Below, piece after piece: positions 38,742-49,521 of a stretch of 64,000 bases of DNA. The notes beneath the pieces were generated by a model. The model had not been told where the DNA came from. It saw nothing but the letters and a program-made list of their open reading frames with translations, and ran no database searches. Made by a program: the position numbers and the translations under genes. Source of the stretch: Octopus vulgaris (Eukaryota); NCBI GenBank assembly GCA_951406725.2, contig OX597816.1:52638001-52702000 (forward strand), in the 5' to 3' direction. Within the stretch, counting starts at the first letter, position 1; the number at the start of each line of letters is the position of its first letter.

Positions 38742-39160
38742 ACTCTTTTACTCTTTTACTCTTTTACTTGTTTCAGTCATTTGACTGCGGCCCTGCTGGA
38801 GCACCGCCTTTAATCGAGCAACTCGACCCCGGGACTTATTCTTTGTAAGCCCAGTACTTATTCTATCGGTCTCTTTTGCCAAACTGCTAAGTGACGGGGA
38901 CGCAAACACACCAGCATCGGTAGTCAAGCAATGCTAGGGGGACAAACACAGACACACAAACATACACACACATACATATATATATATACATATATACGAC
39001 AGGCTTCTTTCAGTTTCCGTCTACCAAATCCACTCACAAGGCATTGGTCAGCCCGGGGCTATAGCAGAAGACACTTGCCCAAGATGCCACGCAGTGGGAC
39101 TGAACCCGGAACCATGTGGTTGGTTAGCAAGCTACTTACCACACAGCCACTCCTGCGCCT
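38742..39160 (-). mobile_element. SINE family A, full length, young (CpG-rich)
   Basis: (CTCTTTTA)n tail; ends ccacacagccactcctgcgcct. Confidence 0.9.
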
Positions 39161-40121
39161 ATACAAAAGAGACTGATAGAATAAGTAACTGACTCCTGTC
39201 AGTTTACATCTATTTGACAAAAAAGTTCAGATTGATAAAATTCGTGTTAGAAAGTGGAGATATAATGTTGTTGAGTTACGATCATCAAATGAAGACAAAA
39301 TATGTTATGATTTCATAAATTCTAATTTTATTGGTCGTTATTTATTGTTTATTAAAACTATTTCATTTATCAAAGGTATTTATTTTTATTATTTCATCCT
39401 ATAATAGATGAGCTAAAACATAATAAGAATCAAAATAGAAAGAAGAATATAATTCAGTTTCAAGATAATTGAGACTTGTAAAAAGTATTAGAGTATAATA
39501 ATTTAAATTTGATAAATTTCTGTCATTTGATTAACGTTGTATCTTTTTTCATTATTTTTAATTATCATTTGTTAGATGTATTCACAATTTCAAGCGGGTT
39601 GAGCATACGTTTTGTCCAAATTTTCTAATAATAGTTTACACCTGTTTATCTTTTATCCTTTATTTTTTTACTTACTTCAGTCATTTGGCCGTGGCCATGC
39701 TGGGGCACCACATTGAAGTGTTTTAGTCAAACAAATCGATCATGGGACTTATTATTATTTGAAGCCTAGCACTTATTCTATCAGTCTCTTTTGCTGAACT
39801 GCTATGTTACAAGGACATGAACACATCACCACTCATTGTCAAGTGGTAGTGGGGGACAAACAAAGACACAGACACACAGCTGATTTTTATATATATATAT
39901 ATATATAAACCTTGTGAGTGGATTTGGTATATAGAAACCGAAAGAAGCCCATCGTATATATGTATATATATGTGTGTGTGTTTTTGTGTGCATGTGTGTG
40001 AGTTTGTCCCACCAACATTGCTTGACAACTGATGTTGGTGTGTTTACGTTCCCGTAACTTAGTGGTTCGGCAAAGGAGACAGATAGAATAAGTACTAGGC
40101 TTATATATATATATATATAAG

Positions 40122-40453
40122 TATGGCTTGGTGGTTAGAGCAATGGACTCACAATCATGAGGTAGTGAGTTCAATTCCTGAACTGGGCTGTGTGTTGTAT
40201 TCTTGAGCAACACACTTTATTTCATGTTGCTCTAGTTAACTCAGCTGTAGAAATGAGTTGCGACGTGACTGGTGCCAAGCTGTATCAGCCTTTGCCTTTC
40301 CCTTGGATAACCTCAGTGATGCGGAGAGGAGAGGCTGATACGCATGGAAGACTGCTGGTCTTCCATAAACAACTTTGCCTGGACTTGCACCTCAGAAGGG
40401 AACTTCCTCAGTGCAATCCCATGGTCATTCACGACCATAGAAGTCCTTGCTTT
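40122..40453 (+). mobile_element. SINE family E (tRNA head)
   Basis: tggcttggtggttagagc (A box), gagttcaattcc (B box), cttgagcaacacactt...ctcagctgtagaaatgag; similar head near 17015. Confidence 0.7.
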
Positions 40454-41329
40454 ACACATGCACACATGCACACATACACACACACGCACACACATATATA
40501 TGTATGTGGGTATTCATTTAGGAAATGTTTATAGACATATGGACTGCTAGAAGTAGTAGGAAACAGTCCAACTACAGTGACATAATCAGTCTTGAGAAAT
40601 GGAATTTTAGATAAATGAGACATGATTGCCACACCACATCAACTGGTGATGCAGTTAACAATCTCACTTACAGTATATTTTACTTTCTTGTGATTTGATA
40701 TCCAGATTCTTTATGAATTGATTAATATATTCACCAAATAAACTACAAAATGAAATGCTTCTCCGAAAATTATAGATTAATTCAGTTACTTAGCTACCTT
40801 AATGTTAGGTGAGAATCAGGCCAATAGAACAGTCTCATAGTATAAAGTAGACGGAATATATTGAAAGAAATTAGTTTCGGTTTCAGAATGAAAGTCAGTT
40901 GCATGATCAATGAGTCATGTGTGATGGTATATAATAATGAAATACAGGTCATGAAAGAATGATACAATATGAACCCCTGAGAGTAGCTAAATGTAAATGA
41001 ATTATGGAAACTTACTTGCATATGAAGATTTACGAGCTAACATGTGGTGTGTTGAGAGTAAAGTAATATGCTGATACAAAAATGTGATATCCATGTTGCA
41101 TGAATTTTTGAAGTGAGGGCTGATATATATATATAATGTAATGAGCCAAGAAATTTTAATCAACTAAAATTATACTGATAATGATGAAAAATCTGAAAAA
41201 AATGCATTGATCATAATGATTCGTTTTAACATAGAAAGGTAGGGAAACAACTCCTGAACATAAATAAAAATTAATTAGAAATAGAACATACTAAGCAGTG
41301 AATGTGATATTTTAATAGCACAATGACCA

Positions 41330-41366
41330 CTCTGGACATGTTTTAGTGTTATTAGACCTCATCAAC
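41330..41366 (-). ncRNA. Degenerate minimal hammerhead motif (same family as 7085-7124)
   Basis: TTGATGA GGTCT-aata-ACACT AAAA CATG TC cagag. Confidence 0.45.
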
Positions 41367-41479
41367 ACCACTACCATCACCACTACAACCACAATCATTA
41401 TCATTATCAACCTCATCATTGCCATCATTGTTTTAATATCTACTTTTCCACACTTACATGAGTCAAACAGGATTTGCTG

Positions 41480-41633
41480 ATGAACCACATGGCTCCGGGT
41501 TCAGTCCCACTGCATGGCACCTTGGGCAAGTGTTTTCTACTATAGTCTTGGGCTGACCAAAGCATTGTGAGTGGATTTGGTAAAAGGAAACTGAAAGAAG
41601 CCCATCGTATATATGTATATATATATATATATG

Positions 41634-41681
<48 letters not shown>

Positions 41682-42255
41682 TGTGTCTGTTTGTCCCACC
41701 AACATTGTTTGACAACCGATGCTGGTGTGTTTACGATCCCGTAACTTAGTGGTTCGGCAAAAGAGACAGATAGAGTAAGTACTAGGCTTACAAAGAATAA
41801 GTCCTGGGGTCAATTTGCTCAACTAAAGGCAGTGCTCCAGCATGGCCGCAGTCAAATGACTGAAACAAGTAAAAGAGTAAAAGAGTACAATTGCAAAGTG
41901 TCATGAGATATATTGGAGGCCAGAGATAGTTACATGGGAAATGTTTATACATATGTGGCCTGCTAGAAGTAACGAGAAACTGTCCAGCTATTGATGTCGT
42001 ATATATGTATATATATATATGTATGAGTGAGTATATGTTTGTGTGTCTGTGTTTGTCCCCACCAACATTGTTTGACAACCGATGCTAGTGTGTTTACGTC
42101 CCCGTAACTTAGCAGTTCGGCAAAAAAAGACCAATAGAATAAAGTACTAGGCTTACATAAGAATAAGTCCTGGGGTCGATTTGCTCGACTAAAAAGCGGT
42201 GCTCCAACATGGCCACAGTCAAATGACTGAAACAAGTAAAAGAGTAAAAGAGTAG
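41480..42255 (+). mobile_element. Two SINE family A copies (41480-41888; 3' half at 41996-42255)
   Basis: Family A body and gagtaaaagag tails. Confidence 0.85.
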
Positions 42256-43263
42256 ATTTTTATAGCCTGGTGACCTTCCTGACACCAACTCTCACCTGCT
42301 TTTAAGCAAGCTGAAATTTTCCCCAAAGCTAGATTTGCTTTCAAAAGATATTGCAAACAAACAGCACCATTTGTATGACGATAATGTTTTGTTTACAATT
42401 ACCATGTGATGTCAAAACAAGGAAACACATACACACATATACATACATTTAGGGTAATGTTTTATAAACAAAGTACAAATACGGTAGGATTTCATGTATG
42501 TAATACCGTGACTTGAAAAGCTTCAATTAACTGAATTATCCAAGTAATTAGAAGGGAAAATCAGGGCTGATGTGATGCAAAGCAATACCATATTCTAGTC
42601 AAAAGGCTCCTAATGTGGATCATGATGCTGTTACTGATGATGATGATAATGATTATCATCAGCTCCAAAATCCCCACAACTACTCCCACCATCATCAATA
42701 ACAGAAACAAACTACTTTATTTTCATAGTTGTTGCTAACCCAGAGTGCTTTGGATGCAGTTTTCATATCGAAAAAGCATAAAACATCATATTCATTACTG
42801 ATAGCAATAACGAAGATGTCATTAGGATACTATTGTATTAATGTTATTGTTCAACTGAAGCAAATAAGGGCAATGGCGGCGTCAGTGATGACAATGACAA
42901 TAACGATGGTAGTAACTTCAATTAAATTTTTGCTTGAACAATTCTTTCTCCATTGATTTTCAGAGGTTTTATGAATCTGATGATCCTATATTTGAAAGTG
43001 TTTGAACTTTTCACCCATGGGTAAGGACATTTTCATATCTGATCTAAAGGAAATAAGCTGGAGAGTGTCCATCTCTGTGTTATACTTTGCAGGAGTCAGC
43101 AAAGTCTTTGTTGCTGTTTAACCTCGGGTCTCTTTTCCTGATTAAGAATACATATAATCAAATGCCTTTCCACCATGACCCTCTTGTCTTTTTAGTTATA
43201 ATCTAAGATTGCATTAGCTAATGTCTCCTTTACGTGTAGTAGTAGTAGTAGTAGCAAATACCG

Positions 43264-43378
43264 AAACCCTGGACAGGGGATCACTGGGCTCATCTGTCGA
43301 TGAAGAGCGCGGCTATCCACGTGAACTAATGCGAATTGCAGGACTTAGTGAACATCGACACCTCGAACGCACATTGTG
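43264..43378 (+). pseudogene. Orphan, 3'-truncated 5.8S rRNA copy
   Basis: ggatcactgggctc...gtcgatgaagagcgc...gaattgcaggac...gaacatcgac...cgaacgcacattg are the conserved 5.8S motifs in the correct order; no 18S or 28S nearby. Confidence 0.9.
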
Positions 43379-44031
43379 CTGTTAAAATATCACATTCACT
43401 GCTTAGTATGTTCTATTTCTAATTAATTTTTATTTATGTTCAGGAGTTGTTTCCCTACCTTTTATCTTGATTTCATGAAAATTTGTTCAACAACAACCCT
43501 TGAAAAACTTTTACAAATTTCACAGCTAAATAACATGTTTTAGAACTATTCCAGTCTTGCTGATGATGGGTTTCTGGTCTTTAGAATGATGAGAAGTGAA
43601 AACTGGTTCCAGGATAACCATCACAAGGAAAATTACCCCAACATCAATTGCATTTCAATCAACCATTTCCATAAGACAATTGGTCCTGGATTGATACATT
43701 ACCTAAAGACCATTTTGATAATTAACACTTTCATTATGGTAATTTAGTTAATATACACTGATTTTGTCTTAATTAATTTTGAAAATGTTGAATAATTAAT
43801 AAGATAACTTTATTTTTATTTGGTTGGTGATTAGAACATAAATTGATTTCACATTTTGACACAAGGCCAGCAATTTCATGGCAGAGAGTAAGTCAATTAC
43901 ATTGACTCCAGTACTCAATTGGTATTTATCATATTCACCTCAAAAGGATGAAAAGTATAGTCCACTTTGGCAGAATTTGAACTCAGAATATGAAGCTGCA
44001 AGAAATGTTTAGCAGCATTTTGTTCCCAATG

Positions 44032-44198
44032 AAGGAGTAGCTGTGTGGTAAGTAGCTTGCTTACCAACCACATGGCTCCGGGTTCAGTTCCACTGCATGG
44101 CACCTTGAGCAAGTGTCTTCTACTATAGGCTCAGGTCGACCAAAGCCTTGTGAGTAAATTTGGTAGACAGAAACCGAAAGAAGTCCGTCGTATATATG

Positions 44199-44231
<33 letters not shown>

Positions 44232-44450
44232 ATGTATGTGTGTGTGTTTGTGTTTGTCCTCCCCAACATCGCTGGATAACTGATGCTGGTGTGTTTACGT
44301 CCCCGTAACTTAGCGGTTCGGCAAAAGAGACCGATAGAATAAGTACTAGACTTACGAAGAATAAGTCCTGGGGTCGATTTGCTTGACTGAAGGCGATGCT
44401 CCAGCATGGCCACAGTCAATTGACTGAAACAAGTAAAAGAGTAAAGAGAA
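44032..44450 (+). mobile_element. SINE family A, full length
   Basis: Family A head, body and tail. Confidence 0.9.
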
Positions 44451-45408
44451 AGAATGTGCGAATGATTCAGCCGGCTCACCACTTTGATTATAACATATAT
44501 TAACATGAAATTTTGATAGGAGGTTTTAACATAGTTCCCTTTAAAACAAAATGTTTGTATCATAAAACCACCAAGGGCAGTCTCAGGTAAGTTGATATCA
44601 AAAGGACTTAGAGAAAATTAAGATAAAGCACAATCATGGGTATGTAAATAAATACTAATAAAACTAATTAGGGTCTTAATTTTCATGGTTTATCGGTTAT
44701 CCAAGGAGAATAATAATTCAGTTATATGATTTATATTCTTATGTCATTATAATTATACCACAAACATTGCAAACTGTGGTCTATGCACAAATACAGTAAA
44801 TTGATAATTACAATAATTAATTACTGCTTAATTAATAATTATCAGAGGGCATTTATCTGAGAGCAGTTGTCTTGATGTTATGAAAACCACATTGCTATGA
44901 ACATTTAATTTCAGAATTTATCAGTCATTATCTGTTTCACAATCATAAGGTCTCCAGTTCAGTTCCACTGTAAAGCACCTTGGGCAAGCATCTTCAATTA
45001 TAACCCCAGATCAATCAAAGCCTTGTGGGTGGATTACATTCATAGAAACTCAAGGAAACCTGTCATGTTTATGTGTGTGTGTGTGTGTGTGTGTTCATGT
45101 GTGTGTGTGCATGTGTGTGTGTGTCTGCTGTGTATGTGCATGTACATATGCATATGTGTGTGTAATATATATATATATATATATAAACACATACATGCAC
45201 ACACACATATATATACATACATACACATACTTATGCTAGATACATATGCACATACACAAACACACACACAGGCACATACATATATATTTGTAAATAGTAA
45301 GGGATTACTACAAACATTTACCAGTTTGCTTTATACTTATAAAAAGAATTAAAGGTAATGCTATGCCACTTCATAATAATATTTATTATTATTGTTGAGA
45401 TGTATGTG

Positions 45409-45443
<35 letters not shown>

Positions 45444-45553
45444 ACATATATATATAGTTAATCCAAACAAGAAAGAACAAAAAACACAACAACGCGAGGA
45501 CGTGGAACAAATATAGTATTATTGGACACTCAGGAAAGAAGGAAAGAAGGAGG

Positions 45554-45588
45554 GTTTAACGTTTCGAGCGGAGCTCTTCGTCGGAAAC
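45554..45588 (-). ncRNA. Minimal hammerhead ribozyme motif (U4 to C)
   Basis: GTTT CCGACGA A GAGC-tcc-GCTC GAAA CG TT AAAC. Confidence 0.6.
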
Positions 45589-45967
45589 ATAGGAGAAGGA
45601 AGATCCAGAGAAGGGAAGACAGAGAAAAAAAAAATTGCCAATGGTACACACGAGACACACACATATATATTGATAGAAATGGTAAGACAACAAAAGAATG
45701 AAAGAGACCTTGATATTATGGAAATAGAGGAATTTATCTGTAAAAGTGATATGTGACAATTATTTGGCGCATGTACATGGATGTGTGAGTGCACATGTGT
45801 AGGTATGGACATGCGCACTTACACGAATACTATGAACATTTTTACTCCCTTACCTTTACTTCCTCCCCTCACTTAGCAGTCATTCTAATAGCTCTTTTGT
45901 CTTAATAACAGTCAATCACACAGTAATTTCCCTCTGTTTAGTCATCATTTTCATAGCAGTTTTTTGA

Positions 45968-46041
45968 TGGCTGGATAACTGAAGAGATGGCGCTGTGGGT
46001 TTCCACCCCGACATCCGAAACTTGGAGTTTTATCATGGCTA
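45968..46041 (+). ncRNA. Type I hammerhead ribozyme, intact core
   Basis: GATAA CTGAAGA [GATG..GTGG-gttt-CCAC..CATC c] GAA ACT-tgg-AGT T TTATC; stem I extends by tggct/ggcta past an internal loop. Confidence 0.75.
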
Positions 46042-46339
46042 CTGAATAATTGTCACATATTATATTTACAGATATATATATATGAGAATATGACTACAGA
46101 AAACAGTCTTCCATATTCTACCAACATGCCAAAGACCAACATGGAGGCATACTGGGTCAACTTGACATCCACATCTTATTCAAGCACCTGAAGGACCCAA
46201 CACTCAGACAAGTACAGGAGTATGTCCTCATAAATGAAACAACCTCAGTACTAAATAGGAAATGTACGTAGAAGATGGTTATACCCCAACACCTACAGTT
46301 TATACATACACAGGTAGATTTGTTATGTATGTATATATA

Positions 46340-46677
46340 CACTGAAGCCTGATATCTGGCAACTGACTTGGTAACCATCCACAAAATTATTAACCATCAT
46401 GCCAACAACCACCTTGAGCACCTTTTTGAGCTCCACACACATGGGTATGTCTACAAAGTCAGAAAGCGGCACAGCTCCCTTGACTTTCGGAAACATTTTA
46501 TCACACTCAAAGTTGCCCAAGCATGAAACAAACTACCTGCATCACATCCATATGCATGCACACATGTGTATCAAGACTCATACACTGTTCACTTTCCTGA
46601 CTTTTGTACATAATTCTATGTACTGTACATGCCCCTTTGATGAGATGTAGTGAACCTGAGCACTAGACACAATAATT

Positions 46678-46714
<37 letters not shown>

Positions 46715-46728
46715 CATTATTATTATTA

Positions 46729-46783
<55 letters not shown>

Positions 46784-46803
46784 CATCATTATTATTATTA
46801 TTG

Positions 46804-46837
<34 letters not shown>

Positions 46838-46945
46838 CATTATTATTATTATTATTGTTATTATTATTATTGTTGTTGTTGTTGTTGTTATTAGTATTAT
46901 TATTATCATTATTATTATTGTTATTATTATTATAATTATTATTAT
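46340..46945 (+). mobile_element. Degenerate 3' fragment of the CR1/L2-group LINE with expanded (ATT)n tail
   Basis: tgactttcggaaacattttatcacactc..., terminal gtagtgaacctgagcact; (ATT/ATC/GTT)n at 46678-46945. Confidence 0.85.
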
Positions 46946-47834
46946 CATATATACACACATGCATCTATAAATGTGTGTGTATGTGTATATGTATGTGTGT
47001 GTGTGTTTGTGTGTATGTCTGTGTGCATGCCTATATACACCTTTGTCATGATATCATGTGGTGCTTGTAAGCCAGCACCATTATCATGCAAGCAATAATG
47101 TTCCTTTCCAGTCTTCCATGGAAAACACATGTTTGGTGGCTCTAGGGAAATATTACTTTACTAGGAAACAGGTGAGGGCTGGAGATAAAAAGAGCATCCA
47201 GGTATAGAAAATATGCCTCAACAAATTCCATCTGATTCATGCAGACATGGAAAAGTGGACAGTAAATGATGATAATGACAATGATGATGATGATATTAGC
47301 AGGGAGTGGGAGGCATGCCATGAAGGGTAGCAAGCTCAACGCTTCTTCATGTTATGCTCAAGTTCAATTGGGATTCAATATGTCATTTTCTCATTTATTT
47401 GCCAAAACTGACAGAATGATTACAATATTTTCTCTTTAAGTTTCTATATCTGTTTTGTCTAGGTTTTGAAATAGGTTGGATACGGATGCAAATCTAGATA
47501 TTACATATACTATGAGAACAATATTTGATAGCTAATTAATTTCAGCAGCTCAGTCATGATTTAGAAGTGGTGTTTGTCTTCCAGCAAAGTAGACAGAGAA
47601 ACAAGTATGATAGTGTACTTTCTTTGTTGAAAGTATGACACTATTATAGCTTAGTTTATATAATTAGGGCATCCTATTTAATGTGTCTAAAATTTAGCTG
47701 TTCTTTTATGTTTAATAGAAAAGTTTAACAATAAAAAAATCATTATGTTATTTAGTTTGAGAAAGGAAGATTCTTAATGATCAACATTTTTATTCACAAT
47801 AAATTAATAATAATAATAATGATAAAAAAATTCT

Positions 47835-48620
47835 AAAAAAAGATGGCTGCAGATGACTAAATGCGATTTAAAACTGGAAACGGAGGCTCTAATCTGTGCT
47901 GCCCAAGAGCAACCACAAAGAACAAACTACATAAAATACAGAATAGACAACACATCAGAAAGTGATAAGTGCAGAATCTGTGGACAAAACAGTGAAACCG
48001 TATGGCATATTACCAGCCAATGTATGCCACTAGCCCAGAAAGAATATACAAGATGTCATGACAATATAGCCAGGCTCGTCCATTGGACACTCTGCAACAA
48101 GCATGGACTTGATAGAGTAAAAAATTGGTACGACCACAAACCTGAAGGCATTGTTCAAAATAGAAATGCAAAGATCCTATGGGATTTTATGATTCAGTGT
48201 GACCATGAGATTGAGAATAGGAAGCCGGACATAGTCTTAATTGAGAAAGAAAACAAACTATGCTGGATCATAGATATAGCATGCCCAACTGACAACGAGG
48301 TATGCGATAAGGAAGAAAGAAAAGTCAAGAGATATGACAGGTTAGGTTGGGAAGTTAAGCAGTTGTGGTCGATGAAAAAGGTTGCAGTAGTACAAATAAT
48401 TGTCGGAACCCGGGGAACAGTGAGCAAAAATTTCAAGAAGTACATGGAACAGATAGGGGCTGCAATAAGGGTGGAGCACCAGTAGAAAACAGCACTGCTT
48501 GGAACTGCTCGAATACTCCGGAAGGTGCTCAAAAAATAAGAGCTGTTACCTTAGTTCACTGGTAGTGAACAGCTGACACTATAGTACATCTCCAGTGTTA
48601 GAAGCTGTGCAAAGGCAACA
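47835..48620 (+). mobile_element. 5'-truncated R4/Dong-clade non-LTR retrotransposon (CCHC knuckle plus restriction-like endonuclease)
   Basis: ETEALICAAQEQ, CRICG..SETVWHITSQC, HDNIA, ILWDF, RKPDIV...IIDIACP...K..K..RY; premature stop near the C-terminus; (TAA)n on both sides. Confidence 0.9.
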
Positions 48621-48902
48621 ACAACAACAATAATAATAATATCCAATTGTGGCACAAGACCAGGAGCTTCAGGGGAGAGGCTAAGTCAATTGCAGTGACT
48701 CAAGAGCTTAACTGGTACCTATTTTATCGACCCCATAAGGATGAAAAATAAAGTCAATCCTGATGGCATTTGAATTAAGAATATAAATTTGGAAGCGATG
48801 CCAATAAGCATTTTGTCTTGCATGGTAACGATTCTGCCAGATTACCATTTAAAAAAAAAAATAAATAAATAAAATAATAATTATAATAATAATAATAATA
48901 AT

Positions 48903-49090
48903 GAGAAGTACATGGAACAAATAGGGGCTGCAATAAGGGTGGAGTGCTTGCAGAAAACAGCACTACTTGGAAATGCTCAAATATTCCAGATGGTGCTTGA
49001 AATATAAAGGATGTTACCTTAGTTCACTGGTAGTGAACAGCTGGCACCATGGTACATGTCCAGCGATAGAAGCTGTGCAAAGACAATAAA
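48903..49090 (+). mobile_element. Second, shorter R4/Dong 3' fragment
   Basis: Similar to 48437-48620; also embedded in (TAA)n. Confidence 0.85.
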
Positions 49091-49469
49091 TATTAATAAT
49101 AATAATAGTTTCAAATTTTGGCACAAGGCCAGCAATTTTGGGGGAATGGTAAATCAATTACATCAAACCCAGTGCTCATCTGGTACTTATTTCACTGGCC
49201 CTGTAAAGATGGAATTTGAACCCTGAACATAATGACAGAGGAAATGCTGCTAAGGAATTTTTGTGATGTGCTAATGATTTTACCAGCACGTATTTGGCAT
49301 ACTCTATGTAGAAGAATGAGAAAGAAAATCATTAAAGAATTCCCTATAGTACTTCTCTTGACATTTCAAAGCAACTTCATAAGTCACATTCAAAGATTCG
49401 CATATTAAATCTGCTGAGTTTTCAATTTGACAATTTGGTTTTTACTATCTTCTTTAGTTGCCTCTCATT

Positions 49470-49521
<52 letters not shown>

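Larger units (their letters stand above)
45455..46310. mobile_element. Penelope-like element fragments (inverted terminal segments, two hammerheads, GIY-YIG C-terminus)
   Basis: Hammerhead motifs on both strands; 29-bp inverted repeat (45736-45764 vs 46046-46074); peptide SSIFYQHAKDQHGG...DPTLRQVQEYVLINE...LNRK at 46086-46271. Confidence 0.7.

Noticed and set aside
42964-43020. Plus-strand exon-like segment containing CTGATGA...GAAA
   Set aside because: The intervening bases cannot form stem II; the exon has no homology or partner exons
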